From a virus (taxonomy: Duplodnaviria > Caudoviricetes): a stretch of DNA of 64,000 bases. The DNA is taken from the IMG/VR virus record IMGVR_UViG_3300025679_000005; one strand, given 5' to 3'. The position numbers were made by a program, and so were the translations under genes. Below the pieces are notes generated by a model that was not told the origin of the DNA, ran no database searches, and saw nothing but the letters and a program-made list of their open reading frames with translations. Numbering within the stretch: position 1 is the first letter of the stretch; each line of letters starts with the position of its first letter. Below, one piece after another: positions 42,143 to 51,047 of this stretch.

Positions 42143-42664
42143 ATGGCGCCTACTACTGAACCTACCTTTTGGTCAGCGGCTTGGGTTTGGACCAAGAAAG
42201 CGGCCCGCATGGTGGCCGCTCCCCTTCCGGCCTTGCTGTTGATGGCAGGGGCTATCGTCCTAGTCGTTCTAGGGGCTAAGAACATCCAAATCGGTGGTCT
42301 ATTGGGCAAGTTGTTCGGTAAGGATCCAGCGAGCAGCAAAGCTGTGGACGTAGCCAACACCATTCCGGCTCATCGGGTGGATTCGAATGGTGCCATCATC
42401 CCGGTGGGTACCCCGGATGCAACAGGGCAGACCCAGGCGGTGGTTGTCCCGATCGCTACCCCCACCATGTTCTCTGACCCGAACACGGTGACGATTACGC
42501 CTCCGAACTCAGCTCCCGTGGTCGTGGCGTTGCCTACCGGTGTAAAGTCATCCGACGTGGACAAGGTCGTGATAGTGAAGCCCGAAATCTACGCGGTTAC
42601 CGTGAAGGACTCTTCTTCGGTGACCGGGTCCCATATCGACGACCTGCTGAAGAAGTATCAATGA
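42143..42664 (+). CDS. N-terminally anchored membrane protein (i-spanin-like position)
   Basis: ATG 42143 is in the frame of the track ORF. TM segment PLPALLLMAGAIVLVVLGA followed by a Pro/Val/Thr-rich soluble region. Confidence 0.55.
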   Translation: MAPTTEPTFWSAAWVWTKKAARMVAAPLPALLLMAGAIVLVVLGAKNIQIGGLLGKLFGKDPASSKAVDVANTIPAHRVDSNGAIIPVGTPDATGQTQAVVVPIATPTMFSDPNTVTITPPNSAPVVVALPTGVKSSDVDKVVIVKPEIYAVTVKDSSSVTGSHIDDLLKKYQ

Positions 42665-43269
42665 GAAAAATCCTCCTGATCCTGTTGACGCTATTTTTGG
42701 GCATCACGCCAATGGGGGCTCAGGCTCAGGAGTGTGCTCCTGGCAGCAAGTGTGTGTCCGCAGACGACCTAAACACTCTTCTCACAATAGCGAGAGAGAA
42801 GCAGTGCCTACTCAGCACCCAGCCTACCATCACGATGGATCCGGTCACACTGACTATCGATCGCCAGGGGCGCATCTTCTTCACAGGCTCGGCTCCGCAC
42901 CCATACTCATTGAAGATGTCTTGGTGCAATTACACCTTGGCCGCCCAAGGAAAAGTCACTGTTGTGGCTGCTGTCGAAGAGCCGCCGGACTGGGGTTTCC
43001 GATTTCGGCCGAAAGCCTACATGGGTGTTTTGCCCCTGGAGCCTTTCCACACGGGCAACAACGCAAGGAGCGCAGTGGATGCGGGCCTCATGCTCGACCC
43101 GCTGTACTACAAGTTCCTGAACCTCAACGTTCACGTAGGATTCCGAGCTGTGGGCGCTGGCATTGGAGTAGATCTGACTCGTAATTTTGGGGTGTATGCC
43201 GGCTACGCACTCACGTGGGACGGTTTCAGGCAGAATCCTGAAGCGGCACTCTGGTTTTCTTTCTTCTGA
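42661..43269 (+). CDS. Secreted protein with signal peptide and C-terminal amphipathic beta strands (outer-membrane/spanin-like)
   Basis: MRKILLILLTLFLGITPMGAQA is a SPase I-type signal. Alternating strands LNLNVHVGF, VGAGIGVDL, FGVYAGYALTW. Terminal ALWFSFF. ATGA overlap with the upstream gene. Confidence 0.6.
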   Translation: MRKILLILLTLFLGITPMGAQAQECAPGSKCVSADDLNTLLTIAREKQCLLSTQPTITMDPVTLTIDRQGRIFFTGSAPHPYSLKMSWCNYTLAAQGKVTVVAAVEEPPDWGFRFRPKAYMGVLPLEPFHTGNNARSAVDAGLMLDPLYYKFLNLNVHVGFRAVGAGIGVDLTRNFGVYAGYALTWDGFRQNPEAALWFSFF

Positions 43270-43377
43270 GCGCAGAAGAATAGGTTGATTAGCTGTTCGT
43301 TGGGCTCTGTTGAGACACAGTCCCCAACAGCTAGTGATCACGAATCCAGCATTATTTCGCAGGGATCCTCTATTCGG

Positions 43378-43384
43378 CGGTGTA
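43378..43384 (+). promoter_or_regulatory. Putative phage promoter motif CGGTGTA
   Basis: Intergenic, starting 20 nt before the helicase ATG, which has no SD. The same heptamer precedes several other genes. Confidence 0.5.
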
Positions 43385-43397
43385 GATACCTGCACCG

Positions 43398-46300
43398 ATG
43401 CCCGACGATATCAAGCTCAGTCCCGAACAGCAGAAACTCTATGAGGAGCTGAAAGCCGTCCGTGCTCGCACAGATGTGAAGCTGCCGCCCTCTCCCATTC
43501 TTCGTCAGGAAATAGCAGGGCTGGACGGTGTGCTCCAGCCTTTCACCTTCCGCTATTACCAAGTACAGGGCATCTACCACATGCTTCGCCTGAAGCGTAT
43601 GGTGCTAGGGGACAGCACTGGCTTGGGCAAGTGTACGACCCTTGATACTAGGCTCATTACGGACAGGGGGCAGATCTCCTTGGCTGCTTTGAAGCCCGAA
43701 GGGGACCTAGTCGAGGGGTTCTATGACCTCCCTTTCCCTGTTAATGTTTGGACTGGCCTAGAAACTGCCCCTGTCCGTCGGTTCTATTGGGGCGGCATCA
43801 AGCCCACGGTTAGGGTGACTACTAGAAACGGATTCGTATTGGAGGGCAGCCGAGTACATCCTGTGCTCATAAGAAGTGCCACTGGAGAGGTGTTTTCCAA
43901 ACTACCTGCCCTCAATGAGGGGGACTTTGTTTGCATCGATCGCAATGAGGCGTACTTCCCAGAGACAGAACCAGAACTCAAAGCATTGGACAAGGAGGTC
44001 AGTCCTAACAGGGGGTTCAAGTACCCTGAGCGACTCACTCCGGACTTAGCTGCACTATTGGGTTGGCACATAGCTGAAGGTTGTAGACACCCAACATCCG
44101 TGAATGTGGCTCAGTACATCGACTCCAACCCTGAATGTCATGCGGAGATAGAGCGCCTGTTTCAAGTTGTGTTCGGGTGGTTCAACTTGAATAAAAGGGA
44201 CCTGGAGAAGGTTAACGTCTGCTCTCAGGACATACGTCGATTCCTGATTGGGTGTGGTTTAGCTGAAGTGCTGGCGGCTGGTAAAGAGGTCCCTGAGTGT
44301 GTCCTTAGGGGATCCAGGGAGTCCGTCCGTCGGTTTCTTAGTGCATACATGGAGGCCGAGGGGTCAGTGGCCTCTTGTGGGTTCGAGGTCAGCTCGGCTT
44401 CTGAGAAGCTGATTAAGCAGGTGCAAGGCCTACTGTTACGTTTTGGGGTGGTATCAACTAGGTCCCCAAAACACGTAAAAGGCTATGAGCACACCTATTG
44501 GCGCCTGTCCTTTTTTTCGAATGACGCCAGGACATTCCAGGAGAAGATCGGGCTGATCTCTACCCGAAAACGGGAGGCCTTCCGAGACACTCTACAGAAG
44601 GACTCAAATCCAAATAAGGATGTAATCCCTCACTCTATCGATCATGTGGGCGCCCTAAAAGCACTGCTACTTAAGGCTACTTCTAGGAGTGGGGCTAACG
44701 CTAATCGTAAGGGTTCTGGTATCAAGCAATTTGGACACTCTTTCCAATCCACTTTTACGCATATCCTAACGGGCGTCCGAGACCCAACTTATCAATGGCT
44801 GGACAAGCTCCTGGCTGTTGCTAGTGAGTTGGGCTTAGAAAAAGAGCCAGAATATCAAGAGGTGCAGAGGATTAGGTCCAACAACTACTTCTACGACCCT
44901 GTAGTCAAAATAGAACAGAGTGAAGCAGAGGTGGCTGACCTAGAGATTGAGCACCATTCCCACTGCTTCTCTGGGAACGGCTTCATCAATCACAATACGA
45001 TCGAGACAATTGGTACTCTTGCATACCTCTGGGAGAAGCGCCCAGAGACCAAGGTCATCGTCGTGGCCCCCAAGTCGGCTATCCGTCAGTGGTCTGATGA
45101 AATAGAACGCTTTACTAAGGGTGTGAAGGTCTACATCGCCACGGCCCCCAAAGAGAAGGGAGAGTCCCCCATTGAGGCGAGAGAACGCATCTACGAGGCT
45201 TGGGCTAACGCTCCCTCGGGGCCTAACGACCCGAAGGCAGTCCTCATTCTGAATTACGCCTTGTTGATCAGAGACTGGAATCACGGGGGTTTCCAGCCCC
45301 TAAAACCCAACGGGCAACCGGACCCGAAGGCCCCGGTTTTGCCAGGGTTGTTGGACAAAATAACCAAGAAGGTGGCCGAGAATCTGACTGTCATCTTCGA
45401 TGAAGCCACTGCTTTCAAGTCAATGCGAACGAAGACTTGGGAGGTCGTTCGCTTCCTCTCGGATCGATCGAACCGTGTCTATGCGTTGACAGCCACCCTT
45501 CTCAAGAACAACCTCATGGAGGGCTACTGCATCTACAAGGCCATCCTACCGACGCTCTTTGGAGCCAAGACGAAGTTCATGGAGGACTACACCTTCTATG
45601 AGTTGAAGTCCGTGGGTAGGGCCAAAGTGCCAGTAATCAAGGGGTACAAGAACCTGGACCACTTCAAGGCGGCCATCGACCTGTACTTCCTAGGTCGACA
45701 GAAGCACGTCGTGTCCAAGGAACTGCCTGTACTGACCACACGAGAAATAACCTGCGAGCTGAATGAAGCCGAGGTGCTCAAGTACCGTGAGGCTCTGACA
45801 GGGATTCTAGAACTAGGGGACGGCCAGGTCAAAGAGTTCGAGGAGACGAAGGCCCTCACGAGCCTCATCTACTGCCAACAGGTGGTCAACTCGCTCTCCC
45901 TCCTCAAGTTCAATGAGGGTGACGAAGTCGGCGGGTTCGACCTAGACCTGAAAGTCGCGAAAATAGGCAACCTTTGCAGTAAAGAGCAGGCCCTATTGGA
46001 CCTGCTCACCGAGGACTTGGAGGGTGACAAGGTCATCGTCTATACTCGTTTTGAAAGCCTCGTGGCGAGATTGCAGGAGATCCTCAAGAAGAATGGGATC
46101 AGGAGCGCTCGAATCACAGGCAAAGAGAAGGACACGGATCGCCAGAAGGCTAAGGCAGCCTTCCAAGACCTGAAGTCAGATGTCAAGGTCATCTTCATCA
46201 CAGCCGCTGGCAGCGAGGCCATCAACCTCCAAGCAGCCGCCGGCATGATTTTCTACGACCAGCCGTGGTCGTGGGGTGACTATGTCCAGTGTCTAGATAT

Positions 46301-47594
46301 GGACACTGAGGTCTTAACCAAAAGGGGGTTCTTGAAACGGGTCGAGATTGGAGTGGAGGATTCTGTGGCAGCCCTTGACCCTATCAGTTCAAGCATTACG
46401 TGGCAGCCAATCTTGTCACTGACAGATCGTGCCCTGGCTCCGGGAGAGTCGATGTATTCTATAAAAAACCAGCACATTGACATACGTGTAACAGGTGGTC
46501 ATCGCATGGTTTTCAAGAGAAAGACATCCAAAGATCATGAACCTGTTTGGCCCGATGAGTGGGAATTCGTTACCTGTGAAGAGCTGTCAAAAGAAAAGTC
46601 TGAATTCAGATTGCCAGTGAGTGGGCTGGAGGCCCTACCTACGACAGAAGCCCCCGTGACCGACTCAGAATTACGATTCATTGGCTGGTTTATGTCTGAT
46701 GGCACTTACAACAAGAAGATAGCGCAGATCCAGATTGTACAAGCTGAGCACCAACCCCAAATTCATGATTTGAGGGCCTGTCTACAAGAGTGTGGATTTG
46801 ATTGGAAGGAGTACCGCAGGGACCCCTCGAAGATCAAGGGGTGCTATCCTAACGGCAAACCTCAAATCCAATTTGCCATTCCTAAGGGTGTCGCAAAAGG
46901 GAGTCGGAAACGGAACGGCTGGAACCATTTGGCAGCATACCTGGATAAGGGCCTAGCCCCCATCATGGAGGATTTGAGCCCTAGGCAATTGGGTGTGTTT
47001 CTAGAGGCCCTCCATTTGGGGGATGGGGCAAAGAATTACGATTCGTCTTGGACACAAAGAACCTACCATATTTCTACAGGGTCTAAGGTATTTGCGAACA
47101 GACTTCAGAGTTTATGCCTGAGGCGCGGGTATCATTGCAATCTATATGAGCCTCGTGAGAGCACGACTATTATCCGTATCAAAGAGGTCACGCATCGAAG
47201 CTTGTCTGGAGGTAGGACAGCAGGCAGACCTAAGTTTGACGTTTCTCCCCATGTGGAGGGGGAGAGGGTGTGGTGTGTGGAGAATCCTGTGGGGACTTTA
47301 GTTACTCGTCGAAACGGGAAAGTAGCCATTGTAGGCAATTGTCTGGGTCGCATGATCCGCATCGGTTCGCCCCACACGGGTGTAATGGCCTACCACCTTC
47401 TGGCTGAACTGCCGGAAGTGGCCAAGAAAGACCGTAAGACCATAGACCATCACGTCCTGGGCATGCTCAGGAAAAAGAAAAACCTCATCGACAAGGTGTT
47501 GGGCGAAGCCGCTATCGGCGCCCTGGAATTCGACAGCGAAGGCTCTTCGTCGTTGAAAGACCTCGTCCGTGCAATGCAAGGAAAAGCAACGTAA
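43398..47594 (+). CDS. SNF2-like (SF2) helicase precursor containing two inteins (about 593 aa after splicing)
   Basis: Motif I GDSTGLGK/T split by intein 1; motif II DEAT; LTATLLKN; VIVYTRF; TAAGSEAINLQAA; motif VI Q/CLGRMIRIG split by intein 2. Confidence 0.92.
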   Translation: MPDDIKLSPEQQKLYEELKAVRARTDVKLPPSPILRQEIAGLDGVLQPFTFRYYQVQGIYHMLRLKRMVLGDSTGLGKCTTLDTRLITDRGQISLAALKPEGDLVEGFYDLPFPVNVWTGLETAPVRRFYWGGIKPTVRVTTRNGFVLEGSRVHPVLIRSATGEVFSKLPALNEGDFVCIDRNEAYFPETEPELKALDKEVSPNRGFKYPERLTPDLAALLGWHIAEGCRHPTSVNVAQYIDSNPECHAEIERLFQVVFGWFNLNKRDLEKVNVCSQDIRRFLIGCGLAEVLAAGKEVPECVLRGSRESVRRFLSAYMEAEGSVASCGFEVSSASEKLIKQVQGLLLRFGVVSTRSPKHVKGYEHTYWRLSFFSNDARTFQEKIGLISTRKREAFRDTLQKDSNPNKDVIPHSIDHVGALKALLLKATSRSGANANRKGSGIKQFGHSFQSTFTHILTGVRDPTYQWLDKLLAVASELGLEKEPEYQEVQRIRSNNYFYDPVVKIEQSEAEVADLEIEHHSHCFSGNGFINHNTIETIGTLAYLWEKRPETKVIVVAPKSAIRQWSDEIERFTKGVKVYIATAPKEKGESPIEARERIYEAWANAPSGPNDPKAVLILNYALLIRDWNHGGFQPLKPNGQPDPKAPVLPGLLDKITKKVAENLTVIFDEATAFKSMRTKTWEVVRFLSDRSNRVYALTATLLKNNLMEGYCIYKAILPTLFGAKTKFMEDYTFYELKSVGRAKVPVIKGYKNLDHFKAAIDLYFLGRQKHVVSKELPVLTTREITCELNEAEVLKYREALTGILELGDGQVKEFEETKALTSLIYCQQVVNSLSLLKFNEGDEVGGFDLDLKVAKIGNLCSKEQALLDLLTEDLEGDKVIVYTRFESLVARLQEILKKNGIRSARITGKEKDTDRQKAKAAFQDLKSDVKVIFITAAGSEAINLQAAAGMIFYDQPWSWGDYVQCLDMDTEVLTKRGFLKRVEIGVEDSVAALDPISSSITWQPILSLTDRALAPGESMYSIKNQHIDIRVTGGHRMVFKRKTSKDHEPVWPDEWEFVTCEELSKEKSEFRLPVSGLEALPTTEAPVTDSELRFIGWFMSDGTYNKKIAQIQIVQAEHQPQIHDLRACLQECGFDWKEYRRDPSKIKGCYPNGKPQIQFAIPKGVAKGSRKRNGWNHLAAYLDKGLAPIMEDLSPRQLGVFLEALHLGDGAKNYDSSWTQRTYHISTGSKVFANRLQSLCLRRGYHCNLYEPRESTTIIRIKEVTHRSLSGGRTAGRPKFDVSPHVEGERVWCVENPVGTLVTRRNGKVAIVGNCLGRMIRIGSPHTGVMAYHLLAELPEVAKKDRKTIDHHVLGMLRKKKNLIDKVLGEAAIGALEFDSEGSSSLKDLVRAMQGKAT
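43632..44996 (+). mobile_element. Intein 1 (455 aa) with LAGLIDADG homing endonuclease, inserted in the Walker A motif
   Basis: GLGK|CTTLDTRLITDRG ... GFINHN|T. LAGLIDADG-like helices LLGWHIAEG and FLSAYMEAEG. Confidence 0.93.
46290..47339 (+). mobile_element. Intein 2 (350 aa) with LAGLIDADG-type endonuclease, inserted in helicase motif VI
   Basis: DYVQ|CLDMDTEVLTKRG ... VWCVENPVGTLVTRRNGKVAIVGN|C. Helices FIGWFMSDG and FLEALHLGDG. The penultimate residue is Gly rather than His. Confidence 0.93.
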
Positions 47595-48532
47595 TGTCTG
47601 AAACCTGTACCCGCTGCGGGTTCGATGTTGTGGAGGGCTGCATGCCCAACGGCACTATCAAAGATGCCGAAGACCGCATGCGTCACTGCCCCAACATGGC
47701 TCGTAAGCTGAAGATAGCCAACATCAGAGAACGTTTAGGCATCCTCTGTAAGGCTACATCAATCAAGACTAGCCCGCTATTCACGCCTTCAGTGAAAGAG
47801 GGGGCTCCATTGGTCGATTTAACCACTCAGAACCTCTTCATCCGAGGGGTGACCAAGAATGGGTTGCACCCACACCTCAAGCTAGCTCTGGCCGGCAAGA
47901 TGTGGACCAATCCAACCTATGCCTACAAGATAGTGGAAGACCATCGTCTGAAGGACGTGTATCTAGGTGGCGAGTCTTTCAGGAACCGTACCCCGACACA
48001 ACGGGAGCGTAATGAGACCACCAACATCATCTCTGACATAGTCGGGGAAGCCTTCGACCTAGTCATCATCATCTTGGGTACGCTGGGTTACAAGAACATC
48101 GCAGCTCCAGGCATCCTCAAAGAGGCTCTGATGGTTCGGGAGTCCTTGGGGAAAGCCACCTGGCTGTTTGAAAGCAAGGACCCTGCGATGCCCTGGAAAT
48201 TCTCCAAGGACTCGGACATCGAACTCTATGTCGAACGTTTTCGACCTATCCAATTGGAGTCTGACGATGACTCTAGTGACTGGTCCTACGAAGCGAACGG
48301 GATCTCAGTGGATGAGCACGAGCCTCAGCAGCCGGACCTGAATCCCGCTGCCCACGAGGTTGATGAGGAGCCCCCTCCTCCCAGCCCCAGGAAGCCTCAG
48401 CGTACGGCATCCAGAGAAATCTATAGAGACGAGCCTCCCTGGAAGCCCTCTGGTGGTGTGGTCGATGACCTGTCTGGTCCCGGTGGGGGCCCCGACGGCA
48501 ACCGTAAGAAGAAGTTCAAGGGGAAGTGGTAA
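47594..48532 (+). CDS. Putative DnaC/IstB-like helicase loader with degenerate ATPase motifs
   Basis: N-terminal Cys cluster (CTRC...C...HCP). NLFIRG without GxGKT, DLVIIILG where DLLIIDDLG is expected, and ILKEALMVRESLGKATWL. Coupled upstream of the DnaB-like gene. Confidence 0.5.
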   Translation: MSETCTRCGFDVVEGCMPNGTIKDAEDRMRHCPNMARKLKIANIRERLGILCKATSIKTSPLFTPSVKEGAPLVDLTTQNLFIRGVTKNGLHPHLKLALAGKMWTNPTYAYKIVEDHRLKDVYLGGESFRNRTPTQRERNETTNIISDIVGEAFDLVIIILGTLGYKNIAAPGILKEALMVRESLGKATWLFESKDPAMPWKFSKDSDIELYVERFRPIQLESDDDSSDWSYEANGISVDEHEPQQPDLNPAAHEVDEEPPPPSPRKPQRTASREIYRDEPPWKPSGGVVDDLSGPGGGPDGNRKKKFKGKW

Positions 48533-49986
48533 TGTCTAGCCTACTACGTGGCATCATCGACTACGGAGACAAGAAGATCTCCGAAGAATCCATCACTCTC
48601 AATTTCAACACCATCAAAGCGGCGAAGTTCGAATGGCACAACCCAGACGAGCGCAAGATCTTTGAGTACATCCTTGCCTACCACCAGGAAAGCTTGGAGC
48701 CTCCGAGTGCTCTCACCATTCGAGACTACTTCAATCGAGCCGACGACTTGGCGGTCATTGAACGCATCAAAGACATTCACGCGGCGCCCATCTACCAGCG
48801 CTCGGACTACCGCAACCTACTCAAGGCAGAGCTAGAGAAGCAGCACCAGACCAAGTTCTTGGCTTTACTCAAGGATGTCGAGGGGATCGTCACTAAGGGC
48901 CTCATTGTCGAGAAAGAGACCCTCAAGGGGACAGCCGCTGGTTTGAAGTACTTGGAACAGAAGGCCTACGAACTACTGCCCTCCGACACCAATGCAGTAA
49001 CTAGGGGTGAGATCACTAGGGACGTTCAGGCAGAAAAAGACGCCTACAAGACCGCCAAGAACAACAAGTCCAAAGTCTACGGCTGTTTTACAGGCTTGGA
49101 TGACATTGACAAGGTGTGTCACGGTATCAAGAGGGGGGAGCTGTGGATTCATGCCGCAGAGCCCGGCAATCTCAAGACTGCCTTCGCTACCAACTGGGCT
49201 TACAATGGAGTTACCCGGTACAGATACAATACCTTGTACGTCAGTTTGGAGATGAAGTACGAGCATCTGCGGAAGATCATGTGCGCCATGCATACTTCCA
49301 ACGGTGCGTTCGCTAAGCAAGGCTACAATGCCTTGGATTACCGAAAAATCCGTGACGGAGAGCTGACCCCTGAAGAAGAAGTGTTCTACGACGCAGCTCT
49401 GAACGACCTGTCTACCAACCCCAACTACTGCCGTATGCATGTGTGGGTACCGGATCATGATGTGACGGTCAGGGATATTAGAGCGTACACCGAGCAGCTA
49501 CACAAGGAGCTAGAGATAGGTTTGGTCATCATCGACCAGGGCGAACTAGTCAAACCCCCGAAGAAGTACAACGACACGACCTCGGAGCAGAACGCCGTCA
49601 TTCGTGAGATGAAGCTCATGGCAATGCACTTCAACGGTGGCGAGGGGGTTCCGATCCTAGATCTTCACCAGATCAATCGTACGGGTATGACCAACAACGA
49701 GAAGAACAAGAAGACTCCCGAGGAACTGGGGCAGTACAAGTACAGGGACTTGTCCTACGCGAATCAGGCGGAGCGCAGTGCGGACTACATCACGACGACC
49801 TATGCTCCAAAGGAACTCATCGAGCAGGGCTACGCGATCATCGGAAACATGAAGAATCGCGACAACCAGAAGTTCGATGGTGGCCGCATTGGTGTGGACA
49901 TGTCCTGTCACAGACTTCGCAATTGGGATGCCCACGCTGCCGGCTTCGGGGCCGACATGTCTCAAGACGACTACTGTGGGGTATAA
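48532..49986 (+). CDS. dnaB: Replicative DNA helicase, DnaB-like
   Basis: FTGLDDID...RGELWIHAAEPGNLKT, SLEM, VIID, HQINR, DLSYANQAERSAD, MKNR. ATG overlaps the upstream TAA. Confidence 0.85.
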   Translation: MSSLLRGIIDYGDKKISEESITLNFNTIKAAKFEWHNPDERKIFEYILAYHQESLEPPSALTIRDYFNRADDLAVIERIKDIHAAPIYQRSDYRNLLKAELEKQHQTKFLALLKDVEGIVTKGLIVEKETLKGTAAGLKYLEQKAYELLPSDTNAVTRGEITRDVQAEKDAYKTAKNNKSKVYGCFTGLDDIDKVCHGIKRGELWIHAAEPGNLKTAFATNWAYNGVTRYRYNTLYVSLEMKYEHLRKIMCAMHTSNGAFAKQGYNALDYRKIRDGELTPEEEVFYDAALNDLSTNPNYCRMHVWVPDHDVTVRDIRAYTEQLHKELEIGLVIIDQGELVKPPKKYNDTTSEQNAVIREMKLMAMHFNGGEGVPILDLHQINRTGMTNNEKNKKTPEELGQYKYRDLSYANQAERSADYITTTYAPKELIEQGYAIIGNMKNRDNQKFDGGRIGVDMSCHRLRNWDAHAAGFGADMSQDDYCGV

Positions 49987-50600
49987 TGGCCAATAACGAG
50001 GAGATGATCAAGGCGTGGTACGCAATGCGGCGGGCCACGATCCACGAGCAGATCACGGCTCACGACATTCTACGCATGAATGGGGTTACGTTCCGGCACA
50101 CTTCGGATCGGGAGGAGCAGTTCTCCTGCCCGTTCCACGGTAAGGACGCCAAGCCTTCCGCCCGTGTGTACCCCGCCAAAGCGGACAGCCGATCACACGT
50201 TTGGTGCTACGTGTGCCAGAAGAGCTGGGATGCCATTTCCCTGTGGAAGAAGTACTCAGGGGACGAGAATGGGCATCATCGTATCCTTACGGAGATGGAG
50301 AAGCATCTAGGTATCACACCTCCTAAGGTTCCCGAGGGCACTCACGATCTCCCACAGGTGGATACTAGGGCCAAGGACCTGTTCACGACTTTGCTGGACC
50401 TTTGCGAGCATCGTTTGAGGACAGCTAGGGACAGCTACTTTTCCCAGGAGGACATGGCGGGCTTCCTAATAGCCGGCTCCATCTTGGATAAGCTGACTTT
50501 TCGAATCGCGGAGGGTAAGCTCGCTTATGAGAAGGCCAACGAGCTACTCAAGCAACTGATCGACAAGATCGGCGATAGGATTCGTGGCGAGGCACATTAA
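49986..50600 (+). CDS. Stand-alone primase zinc-binding (CHC2) domain protein
   Basis: CPFHGKDAKPSARVY...WCYVCQKSWDAI. No TOPRIM motif in 204 aa. ATG 49986 overlaps the dnaB stop. Confidence 0.82.
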   Translation: MANNEEMIKAWYAMRRATIHEQITAHDILRMNGVTFRHTSDREEQFSCPFHGKDAKPSARVYPAKADSRSHVWCYVCQKSWDAISLWKKYSGDENGHHRILTEMEKHLGITPPKVPEGTHDLPQVDTRAKDLFTTLLDLCEHRLRTARDSYFSQEDMAGFLIAGSILDKLTFRIAEGKLAYEKANELLKQLIDKIGDRIRGEAH

Positions 50601-51009
50601 GCTCCCCACCCGTGAGATGGGTGAAGTACGTCTGCTGTTGATACAGCAAGAGGCGGGCGGCACCTGGGAGGACGAGTGGGAACTTCTACGGGAGACTCCC
50701 TTCGGCACCCAATTCAGCGTCATTTCCAAAGAGGTCTTAGACCATGCCTTGCATCGGTGGTCTAAGCCGCTGGTCGATGCCCTAGGAATTCCTCCGGCGG
50801 GCGCACTCAAGAAGATTCCGAAAGTATCCAGAGAGTGTATCAAACGCAGTCATTGCATCCAGTACGAAGCGAAGAATTGTTTCCCAGAGGCTAAGGCAAT
50901 GCCCTGGTGCTACGAGCCCGACGGTGTAAATGACGAAACGGTTCGTCAGACGGCTACTAGAGCCATTCAAGAGTGGCGTGACGGTGTGCATTTGGTCGTG
51001 ATTCAGTAG
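50584..51009 (+). CDS. Hypothetical protein with four-Cys cluster
   Basis: ECIKRSHCIQYEAKNC...PWCYEP. Overlaps the upstream gene and lies between the primase zinc finger and polA. Confidence 0.6.
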   Translation: MARHIKLPTREMGEVRLLLIQQEAGGTWEDEWELLRETPFGTQFSVISKEVLDHALHRWSKPLVDALGIPPAGALKKIPKVSRECIKRSHCIQYEAKNCFPEAKAMPWCYEPDGVNDETVRQTATRAIQEWRDGVHLVVIQ

Positions 51010-51047
51010 TTGTGAACCCCTCTCTTTCCTGATTCCGAAGGACGCAT

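Noticed and set aside
49982-49987. TATAAT as a sigma70 -10 box
   Set aside because: It is formed by the dnaB stop/next ATG junction, so a transcript from it would start inside the downstream gene.
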